NCBI GenBank assembly: GCA_012295275.1
Contig: CM022679.1
Coordinates: forward strand, 10,540,001-10,604,000
Source: Chrysomallon squamiferum
Taxonomy: Eukaryota; Animalia; Mollusca
Direction of reading: 5' to 3'
Length of the DNA stretch: 64,000 nucleotides
Both the position numbers and the translations under genes were made by a program. Shown in pieces: positions 39,495 through 55,144 of this stretch (positions are counted from its first letter, which is position 1; each line of letters starts with the position of its first letter). The notes below the pieces were generated by a model that was given only the letters and a program-made list of their open reading frames with translations, ran no database searches and was not told where the DNA came from.

Positions 39495-39990
39495 GTATTA
39501 TGTTACGTTATATTACGTTGTGTTATAGTATGTTATGTTATGCTATGCTACACTGTGTTATACTATGTTATTTTGGACTTATTTTAATTACTGTATTATG
39601 TTATTTTGTTGTTATGCTGTTATGTTATACTGTGTTATGTTTTATTAGGTTATGTTGTTTTATGACTATTTTATTACTGTATTGTGCTATTTTGTGTTAT
39701 TCTGGTACACTATGTTATGTTATATTATGTTGTTATGTTATACTATGTTATGTTATATTATGTATTTATTTTATACTATCATCTTGCATTATGTTCACCT
39801 TATGTAGGATTGCATTCTATTACATTACTTTATGTTATCGTGTTCATTGTATTGTATAAGGCTGTACTGTATTGTCACGTGTTGTGCTGTGTTATGTTGT
39901 GTTGTATTTTTACGTGTTGTATTGTGATGCATCGCATGGTATATTACTATATTTTATCACCGTATAATATATATTGTTATTATATTTTAT
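39495..39990. repeat. Degenerate (TGTTA)n pentanucleotide repeat
   Basis: Recurrent tgtta/tatta/tgcta units; source of the spurious C/Y/V/L-rich ORFs. Confidence 0.85.
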
Positions 39991-42469
39991 CATATCATGA
40001 AGGGTCAATTGTGATAGTGTTTAAAATAAAGAAATTTTATTATAAGCACTTATACATACAGAATCATAATGTTGGTCTATTTCTCGCTCTCGGCAGAACA
40101 CCATATGTCAACTAATCTGTTCTCATTACGAGAAAACGCCTTTCAAAACATGACCAGATGTTATTATTAATTTATACAACAGAAAAAGAAAAACCATTAA
40201 CTTTCGGATATAAATATTTTGACTAAATTGTAAACTGACGATTTTTGTTTCGGATATATTTACAGAGTTTCTTTCCTAAAGGTAGCAGATTTCATCAAAT
40301 GAAAAGTTATCTTAATCAGATATACGAAACGAAATAAGAAAATATTCTGTCAACATCTGCCAATTAGAATTGCAGTTCCTTCCAAGTATTTGCTTATCTC
40401 AAGTTTATTTCAGTCAAAAAAAGTATGTGAAATATTTCGCTTTGGCAGAGTTTCACTGTTGATTCTCAGATTCAAAAGTGCGAGAGTCTTAATAGTTTCA
40501 CAACAAAGATTCTTTTTTTTTCTCTCAGTGAAATGTTACAGCAATGCATTTCTTACTAGGTATTGTCTAACGTAAAAGCGAAAGAGGATTCTTCAGCTGT
40601 ATAAAAAGTTAACGTTTATATTTTGGGCGACAAATAATGAATGTATTTGATATGGATGGGTTTAACACGAGATAACATTCATCTCGACAACAGAGACCAC
40701 ACATGTCTGAACGATAATCATTACGTATATACGATATTTTTGTCTTCATAAATCTTACGACTTCGTCATTAAAGTGTGGGAAGAATATTCTAAATCTGTT
40801 CTGCTTCATATTTTTTTTCCGTCCAGTTTTAATGAATGATGAAGTATGATAACAAAAAAGTACAGTTAAGATACACCAGGGCGTCGCCATTTTTCTGTAT
40901 TCATGAGGTCATCGGGTTCAAGGGCGAACCGATTTTCTATAAAGTTTTATTTTAGTGTTGTCAGAAAAAAATACTGTAGACATTCGTACGCCTTGATGTC
41001 TCGACCCCACTTGAAAGATAAGATGTCGACAACGATAAGGTATTTCGTAAAAGTAGTATTATTATTTTTATTTTAAACTTTGTTACGACCAATTAAAATA
41101 ATAAAATAATTTTTGGATGTATAAAGAATTTTATTCAACCGCTTTTTCCGTGACACCACAAGTGAAATTTAATTTACGTAAATGAGGTCAGAATAAACAC
41201 TTAGCAGTAAAATTCTGTAATCGTCATTTCATTCGTTGAGGTGTTATTAAATAAACATTCCTTACTCAGATGAAAAGCTAATTTTAATTCAATCAGTGAT
41301 TTTTCATTTTTGATATTTAAACATTCTTTCGCACTTGCTGAAGAGCATTACTTACATTCATGGGGATCATTGGCAGCAAATGAGCCTGACCCCAGAAACA
41401 AACGGAGAGGAATGTTACTTTTTTATTTTTTATTTATATAATGCCACTTTCAGTTAGCCATATGGGGAAGAATCATTAAATATTAATTCACTTATCTTAT
41501 AATATGGATTATTTTAACCAGGATCGCCTGAATTCAAAGGATTTTTTTTTTCTGGTTTTTAAAAAAAAAATTTTATCTCCCCATAAAGCCATGAATTTCT
41601 TTGAAATAATTTCCAGCAATATTTTCTCAGAAACAAAAATAGAGACGGATGATTGAGGTCTGTTTGATAAAGCAAATCACCTAATCGTTGATGGTGCTAA
41701 CTGAGTTTAAAACCATGTTAAAGGTTTCTCACCAAGCATTCCTCCTCTGAGAGTTCTGATGACGGGACTGGTAAACACTAAATCATTTTCCAACACGGAA
41801 TGTTTCAGGCAGACATGCAATTTGTATTGTACTGCGCTGACATGCAACTCTATTTTTTTTTATTTTTTTTTCAAAAATTGACAATCATTCCGCATTATCT
41901 CTGAAAGAAAATTACAACAGTGAGGACAACAACAACAACAACAACAACAACAACAGCAAAATAAATAAATAAACAAACAAACAAACACAGGGTAAAACAG
42001 TATTTTAAATTCATGTTTTATTTATATTTATTTCATGGAAGGGGTTTAAAAAAAAAAAGTAGAAATGACGATTTAGGTTGCAATTTTTCAGGAAATCGTC
42101 TGCCTAAAAGAAATCACAGCACTGTCAGATAATTATGTAGAAGAAAACAAAAAACGAATACTTGAAAGGCAATGAAATAAGAAAAACTTATTACGTATGT
42201 GCACAGGAGACTACAATAAAAAAATAGAAAACTTTCTTTTAGGAATAAAATCTGATAAAAAAAAAAAAATTAAAAAAATTAAACAAAAAAGTCGTAAGCT
42301 GTTCAGGAATTAGTAAATTATACGAACTTCACACTTGACATGGTCTCCCTGCATAAAGAAATATCATTTATTGTATATGGAACTAATTACAATTTTTGAT
42401 TGATGGCGTTCTGTTTCATATATATTATACTGCGCATAAAAGAGTTGGCTTATGCTTATTATTATTATT

Positions 42470-42685
42470 TGTAACAGTAGGAGTAGCAGAAGAAGCAGTA
42501 ATAGCAGTAGTAGTGGTTGTATTGGTTGTAGTAGTGGTGGTAGTGGTAGTTGTAATAGTGGTGGTGGTAGTAGTAATAGTAGTGGTAATAGTAGTAGTAG
42601 TGGTTGTTATAGAAGCAGTAGAAATAGAAGTAGCAGTAGTGATAGATGTGGTACTAGTGGTACCACTACTAGTTGTAGTAAAATA
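42470..42685. repeat. Degenerate (GTA)n trinucleotide tract
   Basis: Seen directly; similar tracts at 27950-28140, 31135-31450, 44735-45150 and 51960-52600. Confidence 0.9.
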
Positions 42686-44563
42686 ATGTGGTTATTGGAG
42701 GTGAAATAATCAAATCCAATGTTTCAAACCGACAAGTTATAATTTGGTTTTATTATTTTATAATTTTTTGTTTGTTTTGCTGTTGCTGTTGCCGTTGTTG
42801 TTGTCGTTGTTTTTTTGTTGGAGTCTCCGTGACGATTAGCTCAGTTTATCATTTGTTCATGTAATAAATTAAACTTTAACTTTCTAACAGGTTCACACAA
42901 ACATCTTTATGGTTTTCTACTAACTTTTTCTCTGTGTTTGTTATAATTTATTTTACTGCAAAAAGTAATTTTTTATGGTACTCTGTCCTTACCCAAAATC
43001 AGTAAGACTGAATGAAGAATAATTAGCTAAAACATTTATGGAATCTTTTATATATATATAAAAATAATAATAAGAAAACAAAAAGAATGATGGTAATGAC
43101 ACCATATATATATCAGATTTTAATGAAACAAATATTAATAAAAAAAAAATATAATAAAATAAACATATCTTGACACGAGTTTTTATAACTGTCACACCGA
43201 AGACCTATGAATTCTTCTAACGAACTCCTTTGTAACGAAAAACTTTCTCAAAACTCTGGCTTTCATTTTGAATTAGGCATAAACAAATCTTAACAGCACA
43301 GCCTGCAGGCACTACTAACTCAGATATCCAAGTAGCAATATCAGTTATTTACCATCCTAATCAGTTGAAATATTTTTCTTTTTCTTCTCTGTGCACGAAA
43401 CATCTGGTACGTTTGAACCAGAAGAAAGACATCTGAACCTGAAATGATGGAATGATAACCGATTCCTTTAATGAAAATTGTCAATAGCCCGAGATAAGTT
43501 TTGTCGAGAAGAAAACGGAAACCAATTTTTCTTTTGAAATTTGTGATGTTAGATCGACTGGACTGATATTATTTCTTCTTTTGTTTTCATCTTTTTACCT
43601 GTGGGTATATGTGCGCTTGTATGTGTGTGTGTATGAATGCAGATTTGTGCTCTTGTGTATAGTGGAGATGGGGTATACAAATTAAGGTTATTAAAAATAC
43701 ATTTATTTCCTTGTACTGAATTTATCTTTAAAACGACTAGCGAATGTGTTTTACCAGAAATTTAGCTGATAGAAGAAGTAAATCGGTATAATTCTATGTA
43801 ATTATGATAATGATGATGATGATGATAATAATAATAATAATAATAATAAATATTATCATCATCGTCGTCGTTGGCGTCACTATAATTATTGTTGTTTTTG
43901 CTTTTGTTGCTGCTGCTGTTATTATTATTATTAATAATATTTTAAATTTAGCATCCTTCCTACCGTTTACAAATTATTTTAAAATAAATAAAATATGACG
44001 ACAGTTTTAACTCTTAAATACACGGCACTGAAGGACACTGAAGACTGTGACTTGTTACGCAAACACTTCATATCAATCTGGAGAATGTCATTCGGTGCTT
44101 TTAACACAACGGAGCTACTTAATCCATAAATTCCACATTACTCGGGCAAACATGCAAAAAAAAAAAAAAAAAAAAAGAAAAAGAATTGATCTAACATCGT
44201 GTTGATCGTCAAACTCGTGCATCTCTTGTTTTCTGCCTCGGGTGGGTAATGTCATCACTTCGAATCGGTTGATTTTCTTTCCGTTTTTTTAAATAGAAAC
44301 ATATTTGTTTTTAATATTGTGTTATCTTCAAGCGTTTTGTTAAAAAAAGATATTTTTTTGTGTGTGTGTCTATGATTATTCAGTCGTGTTTGTTTACTGA
44401 CGATGGTGTCGTGATCGATGTTGTAATTATCTTCTTGCACATTCGTGATGGTAATTGTCGCTAATGAATCCCAGACGTGGGTTGATATGGATTTTGACAT
44501 CAGAGATGAAAAGTTGTTTTAGAAATGGAATAATCAGATTATGGCAAGTGCATTAATTATATA

Positions 44564-44598
<35 letters not shown>

Positions 44599-46352
44599 AA
44601 AAAAAAATAAAAGTAATAAAAAATATAAAACAAACAAAAATAAAATAAAATAAAAATAAACAATATATATGTAAATTAAAATAAAGAAAGAAATATAATG
44701 TAATAGTTGTAACATCATAGTCTTATTAATATTCATAGTAGAAGTGGTAGTGGTAGTAGTATAGAACAGTACTGACATAGCAGTAGCAGCCGCTGTTGTT
44801 GCTGTAAAGTAATAACAGTAGTAGCGGAAATAGTAGTAGTAGTAGCAATGATAATTGCAAAATTGTTGTAGTGGCAATAGTAGTAGTAGGTAAAGTCGTA
44901 GTAGTGGCAATAGTAGTAGCAGTGGTAGTAATAGTGGTGGTAATAGTAGTAGTTATAGTAGTAGTAGTAGTAGCAACAATGGTAGAAAGGGTAGTAGTAG
45001 AAATGGTACTAGTAGTAATGGTAGACGTAGACGTAGTAGTAGTAGTAGTAGTAGTAATAGTAGAAATGGTAGTAGGGTAGCTGTAGTACTGACAGTAGTA
45101 ATTGTGGTGGTCGTAGTAGTGGTGGTAGTATTAATAGTAAAAGTAATTGTAGTAATTTCATTGCTATTTTTGTTATTGTTTGTGCTGTTTGCGGTAGTGT
45201 TACCGATGTGAATCGTAGGATTTATTACATCTGCCTTCCTACTGAAATGAAAGCACATGTCATGGATTTTCATAAACCAAGCGCAAGGCTCTGGAAACAC
45301 GAATAATCCCACTAAGGATATCGAATTCTGTGATCTTTGTATGCCAGACGTCTGCAAGCTAATAAATAAACTGCAGCTAGCCCTGGATAATTATTTATAA
45401 AACAAATTATTGATAGATAATCTAATTAATGTATTCACATAATCAGCATGTAAAACGAACCTGATTAACATGAAAGATATTTATTTTTAAAAAACAATTT
45501 CACAGTGGTCGAGTTACTTAGTCATTTCAAAATAATAGCTTACTCATGTTAAATATTAGGCTCCAATATCCCATATTGTTATGTAAATATATGGATATAA
45601 ATATATAATGTTTAGTATTATAGTAAACTGTAGCTAGTCAAGACTGGTTTGAATTTTATTCTTATTTTATACCATTGACATGCTATGTTTCATTAATTGG
45701 ACGAAGGAAAATATTTTTTATATTTAGGTAGAATGAAGGTATGTACACACCATGCAACAATTCGTACGAAACTGTCGCATTTAATTTAAATATAAAAAGT
45801 AACAATTTCAGTCTTATGATGAACATGACATTCTTTTAAGATTGACTTCTGAACTGCGTTTAGTAAAACGAAAACCAGAAAAATTCATAGTTTATCATCG
45901 TACGAAAATAAATAAATAAATAAATAAAATTATACGGTTGTCAAGATGACACAAAAGCGAAGGGACACAACTCTTGCCTGATATATATTTTAGCTTGCTA
46001 AAACGATACGGCAAAGACCTTGCGGAATCTGAGTGAAAAAGAAAAAGAGGATAAAAAGAAGCTAATAATAAAATAAAATAAAATAATGTACATACATATA
46101 CAGACACACAAAACAACACGTTTGACTTTGACACGACTGAAATCTCGCGACATGCATGCTAAATGCAAAGAAAAACTGTTTCAATTTGTTGTTTTGTGAG
46201 AACGAACCTTTAGTAAAGAAATCAAATTTTTTGATGAAAAACCCCAAAACATTCATTATCTTAATAAGAATTCTGACAGACTATCCATTTTACTCCATGC
46301 TGCTAACTCTCAACTTGATATTTCTCAAAAGAATTATTCTATTTTTTTTCAG

Positions 46353-46432
46353 GTTTTATGATGCTTGGTCACGCAGTTGGTTGTGTCATCAGATTTTTAT
46401 TTCACTCTCTGTTTTATGAACACCAGCAACTG
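46353..46432 (+). other. Orphan exon-like segment (80 nt)
   Basis: attttttttcag|GTTTTATG...CAACTG|gtaaat. One frame is open (FMMLGHAVGCVIRFLFHSLFYEHQQL) with no recognised homology. Confidence 0.35.
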
Positions 46433-48382
46433 GTAAATAATACTTAAATGTTTTACAGAATGTCGCTAAGATTTTGAATTGAGAAACATACTACTAAGCC
46501 TTTTGACTGCTACTAATTTTAGTAATGTCTGCGACATTGTTTAAACCATATAACAACGTCAGGAGTAATATATTGTCGAAGGTACAGAAACTTTTATTTG
46601 AAGTTTAGCTAAAAGGAAAAAAGAAATAATCTGTTTAATGCTCTCTGATGATTTTTTTTTTTTTTTTTAAATTATAACTTTTATTATTTGTTTTCTATTT
46701 TATTATTTTCATATTTAGACTTCGATTGGTTGTACTGTCTTCAAACAGTTCAGAAATATATACACCAATGTACATAGCTCTAATAAAAGTATATCAGTAC
46801 ACTTATATATTTACGATCGTTCGAACATTTATACATCCATCCATCTGTATATAGATCCATCCACACACATATATATATACACACACATCCACACACAAAC
46901 ACACACATGCACACACTCGCGTACACAGACACACACAAATATGCTCAAACAAAAACGGATACAAATATATACACACACATGCATGCATACATGTCTATAC
47001 ACACAAACGCAGATACGTACATGCACAAACAAACATTCATACAAACACAGATACAGACACAAAAACACTTGTATGTACGTATGTACAATCAACATTTGAT
47101 TACATGTTCACAAAAGAAAAGTACTATTATTGACAAATGGTGGAAGTAAATATATCAGAACGATAGACATCCATAAGCTGCGGTTTCCAAGGAGATCAAA
47201 GACAATGCACCGACATGAAACAATAAATTGATCAACTAATTTTACTGCTGAAAATATTCTCATTACATTTATTCCACATAAAAAAAAAAAAAAAAAAATA
47301 CAAAAAAACTTGTAAAAAAAAACAAAAATGATAATGAAAAGAAAAAAAAATAATAACAATGTTAATAAGAAGAAATCTTATTTAATCAGATTCCTTGTAA
47401 GTCACGCACTTAAAGCTCTCTTTAATAATTTAAGAACTTTCAAATTAATATTGCAATATTTTACACTTATTAAATTATTTTATAGTTGCGATTTTTTTTT
47501 TTTTTTTAGACATATACTAATTATCGTAATGCATTAACAAATAAAACTTTTCTATATTTTTTTTTTTTACATTTACTGGCGGTGATTGTAGTAAAGATTT
47601 TATCTTGATATATATGCTGAAATGTTATTTAAATATACAAATATATATTTATACTCTTTTTTGATAAAATGTAATCGACTAAACGAAAATATTGCATAGA
47701 TTTTCAGAAAACTATTTCTGATTTTCTTTTTAAAATGTATCTGTTCTTTGCTAATATCCATTAAAGTTTAAAACACAATGTCCCCGGATGACTTAATAAA
47801 AGCATCGAGTTGCATTAATCACACAAACAATCTAACCAAAGGTTATTCTTACGATTAAAGCTCCACTGAAAATTACCTATTTAAAATGATTAATTCAAGT
47901 GATAACGATGATGATGATGATGAAATAATGATAATAATTGTTAACTTTTTTTTTATGTCTGCTGGTTGGGTTCAACAGCATAATTTGCCTTTAGAAAATC
48001 ATTTGCATGTAATTATGTGTTTAATACTGTAATACTATTCCAATTGTATTTAGACTGTTAGAGAAAACAGTTACACTTAAATATCTCCAGCTAGTAAACA
48101 CAAGTTTTTCAAAAGTAAATGAAAACCAATGTGGGTTTATTTTTTGGGGTGGGGTGGGGTTGTGTATGTGGGGTTGAGAGTGTAATAATAGAAATTGTAT
48201 TTGTTTAGTTTTAATGTCGTTGTTTTCGTTCTTGTAATTCTTGTTACTGTCGTTGTTGCTGTTGTTGTTATTATTTTATTTTTTAAATTAATTTTACAGT
48301 TTGCAACGAGTTTGATTAGGTCTAAGCTATGTCCAGACTCATTAACTAAAAAAAAAAAAAAAAAAAATAATAATAATAATAA

Positions 48383-48413
<31 letters not shown>

Positions 48414-49009
48414 AAGAAGAGGAAATAACAGTAATAACAAACAGAAACCACACACACATATACATATGTAATACAGCTTAGTCTCACTCACGTTCACACT
48501 AGATGGGGAAAAAAATCACAGCTTTAACCTTGTCCTACAAAGTCTTTATTTGCCGTAACAAATTTTCACCTCAGGAAAAACCTCAGTCTTTGAACTCCGC
48601 CCATGTCACTGATTTCTGCCGAAGATTACGGGCTGTTTCGTCTGGGGAAATATATATGCTAAACAGAACTCTTCTACAATGCCAGGACGGTTGCACTTTT
48701 CGAGCATGTTTCTTGTAAGATTTGCTACACCATTTTTAATGGTTTTTACGTATCTTGGGTTCAGAAGTCTTCAAGATTCTTCCTAGTTACATATCATACG
48801 CCTCTGTGAATGTAAATGAAAACGAAGAAAAGTTTAGTGCATATCGCCAAGTCTAGCGTGAGCTTTGGCCATGACGAGTCTGTGAGACGTAGTAAATTAT
48901 TTCTTTGATCGAGAGTAAAATCCAGTCACTTTTAGTTTTCTTCGTGTGTGCAGATAACTTTATTATCCAGTCGTATAATTACAGTTAAAGTACAGTTTGT
49001 TCGACGACT

Positions 49010-49160
49010 GTTTTATGTCAGCAACACATGCAGCGTAATTCTTGAACATACAGTGCTGAAAACTGTATGTCAGAAATGCGTGTTGCGTATTTTGTGAAAA
49101 CTGTATGTCGGAAATAATTGTAGCATATTTTTTTGAAGTCAGTATATCAGAATTACGCTC
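49010..49160. repeat. ~38-bp tandem repeat, 3-4 copies
   Basis: tgaaaactgtatgtc.gaaat at 49057 and 49095, tgaagtcagtatatcagaatt at 49134. Confidence 0.7.
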
Positions 49161-51818
49161 AGTTATATGCATGCATACATACACACACACATGCATACAA
49201 ACATACATACATACATACATACATACACACATAGAAAAGAAAAGAAATAAAGGTCATTAATGTAACGTAAGATCCTCGGTTGAGGTATTTGACATTCCAG
49301 CTTTCCACTGACAATTACTGGTAATCAAAGATCGTAGCATGTTCTTTGCACTTCTTTCCCGATAAAAGTTTTATTAATGTTAATAAAAACTATATATATA
49401 TATACATGCACCTGCTTTCGGTGTGAATAAAAGTATGTGGGCGTGTTAGTTTATATTTGTATACGTACACGAGCCTTTGTGTATGTTTATGCATGTGTGT
49501 ATTATATATGTACGTACGTGAATATGCTTTATATAAAGATAATTCTTAACGGACAAACGTCGGGACGCTTGATACTATTAACTTGTGAAACTGTTAACAC
49601 TAAGTTTTTTCTTTGTACGTAGAAGTGATTACTTATTTCAGTGGGAATATCATTTAGATCATTTTATCATCAAAAAACGTGTTGACTGTTATAACCCGAG
49701 ATGAACAGAGTACCAGTCCATTATACAAGAAAGCTGGGGGCCCAGGCCTGCTAATTAACGCAACGAAGTAGGCCAATTGCCGCGTGGTATGGTCTTTGCC
49801 AGACAGATCACAGAAACATTTTATTTTTAACAGTGTTTAGCCTTTGGTTGTTAGTTATCGCGTTATTCGGAGTAGGAATCTGAAATGAATTCTGTGACGA
49901 CATCGCAGAAGATGTTTGAAGAAAGAACGGAAAGAATTAATTTATAAAAATGGGTTTGTTGGGTCCAGGGGCTGAAAAAGCGTAACAAACGGTTATAAGT
50001 TTAGAACAGAAGTCATTGAGATGATGACCTCACTTTGTTTGAAATTGCTTCTATGAATGAAAAAAATCCCATATAATCTAGTATTATACATTCACACAAC
50101 ACACACATCTATATACAGCCATTTACGATGAACATTCATACAGAAGATTGATATATATATGTATATACAACCACATATATTCACAATAGGCACACACAGC
50201 ACACACAAAACCAAAACCAACTGAGACGGCATACACACATACAGAATACTTAATACGTTCTGACAAGAAAACACACACAAGGCAAATCCACGTTATTTGT
50301 TTAACATCAGCAACTCTTTCATCGGTCACGTTAATATATCTAAATCTCGTAACGCATCAGACTTATTTTGTAATTCCAGTGATTAAACAGACAAACCAAG
50401 GACACTAAACATGACCTGCTACCCTTTGTCCGTCCGAACAGCAAATCAACGTCATCACATTGCCTGCTCATACTACGACGATGAAGTTTTTTTTTTTTTC
50501 ATACAAGTCCTGTATTGATATTTTTTTTTTCCTTCCTAATGATTTTTTTTTTTTTCCCATGACAAGTCTGGCAAAATATTCCGGGTTGATTGATTCTGAC
50601 AGCGGAATTCACATTGTAATTAAGTTGACATTTGTAACGAATCTGGTCCTGATGTTCGAGTCTGCAGTAATGGTGAGCAAGATGCGAGATATGTCACACA
50701 CTGTGTTGATTTCTGAACAGATGAAATACGTTTTTATATCACAAGTGACAGCAGCATGCGTCACTAATTCACTTTTCCTTAATCGTTTATTTATTATTTT
50801 TTTTTTTTTTTTTAGCCTTCTTAATTAAAACTGAGCTTAGTGTGGTCATCATATAGGTTCCCAGATCGCGGTTCTCTCATATGCTTTACGACAAAAACTT
50901 AAAGCGACTCTTCACTTCAAAGTTGTTAAGTCTGAAATTGTAATTAGATGTTCCCCGTTGACTGAGGAACACAACTGGAATTTAATTCAATTAGCAAAGA
51001 GAACATACAAATCAATTCAGAGTTCATTAGAAATTAAACAATTAACAGCGCAATATTCAGATACGATAGACAGACAGACAGATAGATAGGAAGATAGATA
51101 GGTAGATAGATGGATGGATAGACAGACAGTCAGACAGACAGAGATATAGATAGAGATAAAAACATATGGATATATAGAGATATATACAATTACATATAGA
51201 TAGACAGAAACGAATTTCACATAATAAAAAGAAACATATTGAGATCAATACTTAGATTATCAGTTCTTTGAAAAACAAACAACAAAACAAAAAAACACCC
51301 CATCAAAACCCCTGACATTTGATGTTTTCATCAGCTGCAAATAGTTAACTTGAAGTGGTCAGCGCGATTTTTTTATATTTTAAAAAAATATTTATAATAA
51401 ACTGGAAGAACTCAAAATCCACAACAACAACAAGAAAAAAAAAAAAAAACAAAAAAAAAAAAAAACCCAAACATCAGACAAATTAACTCTTTAATATTTG
51501 AAAAGAAATGTTATAGTGTTTAGACTCCCTAGAGGACTCTTAGACAAACATTTGACATTTTACAAAGAGAAAGATCATGTCAGAGACATAACAATGATAA
51601 TTAGCTATTGTCAGATTTTATTTCACTGAAAATCATTCAGTTTTTTTTATCTAATTAGCTTTCGTCTCAAATATAAACGTTCAATTGAACTTGAACTGAA
51701 AGTGAACCACAAAGATAATAAATCTAATCATTTGTGTCTCGGCATTTCATGTAATTGGCTGACAAACTGAGACATTTTGGTCTTGGGCGTTGCAAATGTC
51801 TGTAATGTTAATTGTGAT

Positions 51819-52230
51819 TTGTGAATTGTATTAGACATGCTGGCTCAAAACAGTTATAAATATATATATATATTCTTTTAGTAATTCTTTGTTATGTGCA
51901 AATAAAACCCTAAGACTGCCAATGAGCTAACTGATAATTTATTGCACCAACTAATACCACTACAACCAAAGCTACTACTATTATTACTACTGTCAGTTCT
52001 ACTACTATAACTACAGCTACTACTACTACCACTACTACTACTGCTACTACTACTACTACTACTGCTACTACTACTTACTACTGTTTGTGAGTTTGAATTG
52101 AATTAGACATCCTGGCTCAAAATAATCATAAATATTTTAAGTGTTTTCTGAGTGATTTTCGCTAATGTGCAAATATCACACCTGTCAGCTAATTAATAAT
52201 TTATTGCTACAGCTACAACAACACCAACTA
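51819..52230. repeat. Diverged tandem duplication, period 272 bp
   Basis: ttagacat.ctggctcaaaa...atgtgcaaata...agctaa.t.ataatttattgc at 51831 and 52103; each copy is followed by a (CTA)n tract. Confidence 0.85.
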
Positions 52231-52720
52231 TTACTTTATCTACCACTGCTACTATTATAGCTACTTCTTTTGCTACTGTTGTCACTGCTACTACCTCTTG
52301 TACAACTACTACCGTTACTTCAAACTATAATTACCACTACTGCTTCTGCTACCACTACTTCAAGCACAGCTGTTGTTGGTATTACTACAACAACAACTAC
52401 TACTACTACTACTACTACTACTATTTCATTATCTCTATCGCTTCTGCTACTATTACAAACACTGCAACTGGAACTATTACTACTGCTGCTATTGCCACTA
52501 TTTATTGTTTCTACTATTACTATTACGACTATGATTACTACTCCTATGTTAACACCACCAAAACAACAACTACTACTGCTACTATCCATCGAAAATAACA
52601 CCAATTCAGAACTGAAAAACAACAGTAACAATAATAATAATAATAAAATACAAGATAAATAAACAAAAAACATATATAGTAAAATGAACTAAAGGGGGAA
52701 AAAAAACAAAAGAAAAAAAA

Positions 52721-52753
<33 letters not shown>

Positions 52754-53407
52754 CCACGTAATCTACAAAACCCACAATTAACCTCTTTTCAAATGTATAA
52801 TTTTAAAGAGCAAATTGAAACCAAATGGCTATTATTACTTATTTAATAACTCACCTTCGTAATCAAATCTATAACAGACTCAGCATGGAAAGTCAGCATC
52901 CATACTTAACCACTTAATATTATCATAGCGAACTGCAGGAGAGGCATAAATTACACACATTTTTGAAATTCTACGTCCATATTTAATAACTTAATATTGT
53001 AATAGAGAATTGTTTGCGAGATACAAATTATATAAATTGATAAAAATTTTAATTTCGACTCCCTGTCGAACTCAAAATATCGTGGGAAAATAAAATATTT
53101 TAATTTTGCTTTATGCTTTCAGCCTAATTTTTCTCGATCACTGTACGTTCTGTGACAATGTTTCTCTCATGACCTGCCAGTTGTAAAAGCAAAATTCAGC
53201 AAAGAAAATACCATTGAATACGCTAATGACTTTATTGTCAGAAAGATGATAAAACGTAACTCTATTTTAGATAGAATACTGAAAATCAAATCAATAATTT
53301 ACTTTAAAAAGGCAAAGAGCTTTTGTGTGTGTGTGTGTTTGTGTGTTCATTTTGAGAAAGTAAAGCTATATTTGGAACAATGCATTTAGATTGCCGATCT
53401 ATATGTA

Positions 53408-53531
<124 letters not shown>

Positions 53532-55082
53532 TTCAAGGAATGCTGAAAATAAATAATTAATATAAAAATGTACGACATTTATATCAGAGTTTATATCTGG
53601 ATCACTGATATAAAATTAACTGTATTAATTTATTCAGTAAATACATTAGCCTTAATTTCAGTTCTACGTATTGCCCGTTCGGCCATTAACCAACCACGCT
53701 AGCTGATCTGAAAGTGTCAGCAAGAAACGTGAAACTAATCAAATAAATGAAAATATACGTTAAGAGAACAGACAGATAACAGATAAAAATCAGAAATTCT
53801 TACCTTTATTCTGAAAAAAAAAGAGAAGAAAACTACAAAATAAATAGAAATAAAAAATATATATATATATATAAAGAATAAAATGAAGTAAAATCTTTAT
53901 AAAAATTATTTTAAATAAAAAAAAAAAATGTTGGTCTAAAAGGTATAACCTATGTCATCACCAATCATGTTTCGTTTGGACGTGTTAAATTAAAAAGAAA
54001 ATTAATGAATAGTATTAAACTGCTGGTAAGCAGATACAATTATTAAAAATAATAACAGGATCCGTCAAAAAAGCTGTCATTTGTGCTTTGTTTGCACAAG
54101 ATATCTTAAATCTAAAAAAAACAACATATTAGTGATATCTTATTGTTAGGAAGTGGATACCAGCAATTTAATTTAGTACACATTGTCAGCTGAAGACTAA
54201 GGCTATTTTAGCACTAAAACTCATAAATATATTTAGCAACCTTATTTATAAATGTTCCATTTAGAGAAATTTTGAGAAATTAATAATTTAAATTATTAGT
54301 AAATGGAGGATATTTGTAACGTAATTTAGTAAATAGAACTAAAAATGAATACTGGTTTTACTATAAAAATTTAATAATTAACTTTAATAATTAATGATAA
54401 AAAAATATTGTTTATTTACAGTCCATTTTGTTAAATTAAATTTAAAAAAAAAATAACTAGTACTATTAAACTGTTATCAAACAGATTATAAGTCATTTAA
54501 TTTAATACTTAACCCAAAAATAAGATGAAGTTTATTTTAATTTTTAATAATTAAAACCCATTAATACTCACCCACGTAGTTTATTTATATTCCATACTGA
54601 TAAGAGATAAATGTAAAAAAAAGAGAGAAAAAATGTAAAAAAAAAAAAGAAAAAAAAAAAAAAAAAAAAAAATCGATTAGTTATATTAAACTACCAGTAA
54701 CCAGATATAAGTAATTCAATTTAATGCATACTTTCAGCAATAGACAAAATTCGAGACTAACAAACATGATTCCAGACATTTGTTTATACATGTGATATCT
54801 GTAAAGTTAAAATAAAAACATTAAAATTAAATTTTTTAAAACGTTATTAGTACAGAGAGAAAAAGATTAATACTGTTAAATTAATAGATGCAATTATAAA
54901 GATGGAAACAAGGCAAAAACAATTATTTTTAATAAGATATTGAAAATATATTAAAATGTTGATGGTTATCAAATTTTTTTTTTTTTTTTTTTTTCATTAG
55001 TTGGAACTCGTGCACTCTTTTCTGTTCATTGTTGTTAGATAAACAACAACAGTATTTCTATCACTCTTTTCTTTCCTTGATT

Positions 55083-55144
<62 letters not shown>

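Noticed and set aside
42396-42709. Signal-peptide-like Val-rich ORF and Ser/Gly-rich ORF
   Set aside because: Both frames are read-outs of a degenerate (GTA)n tract.
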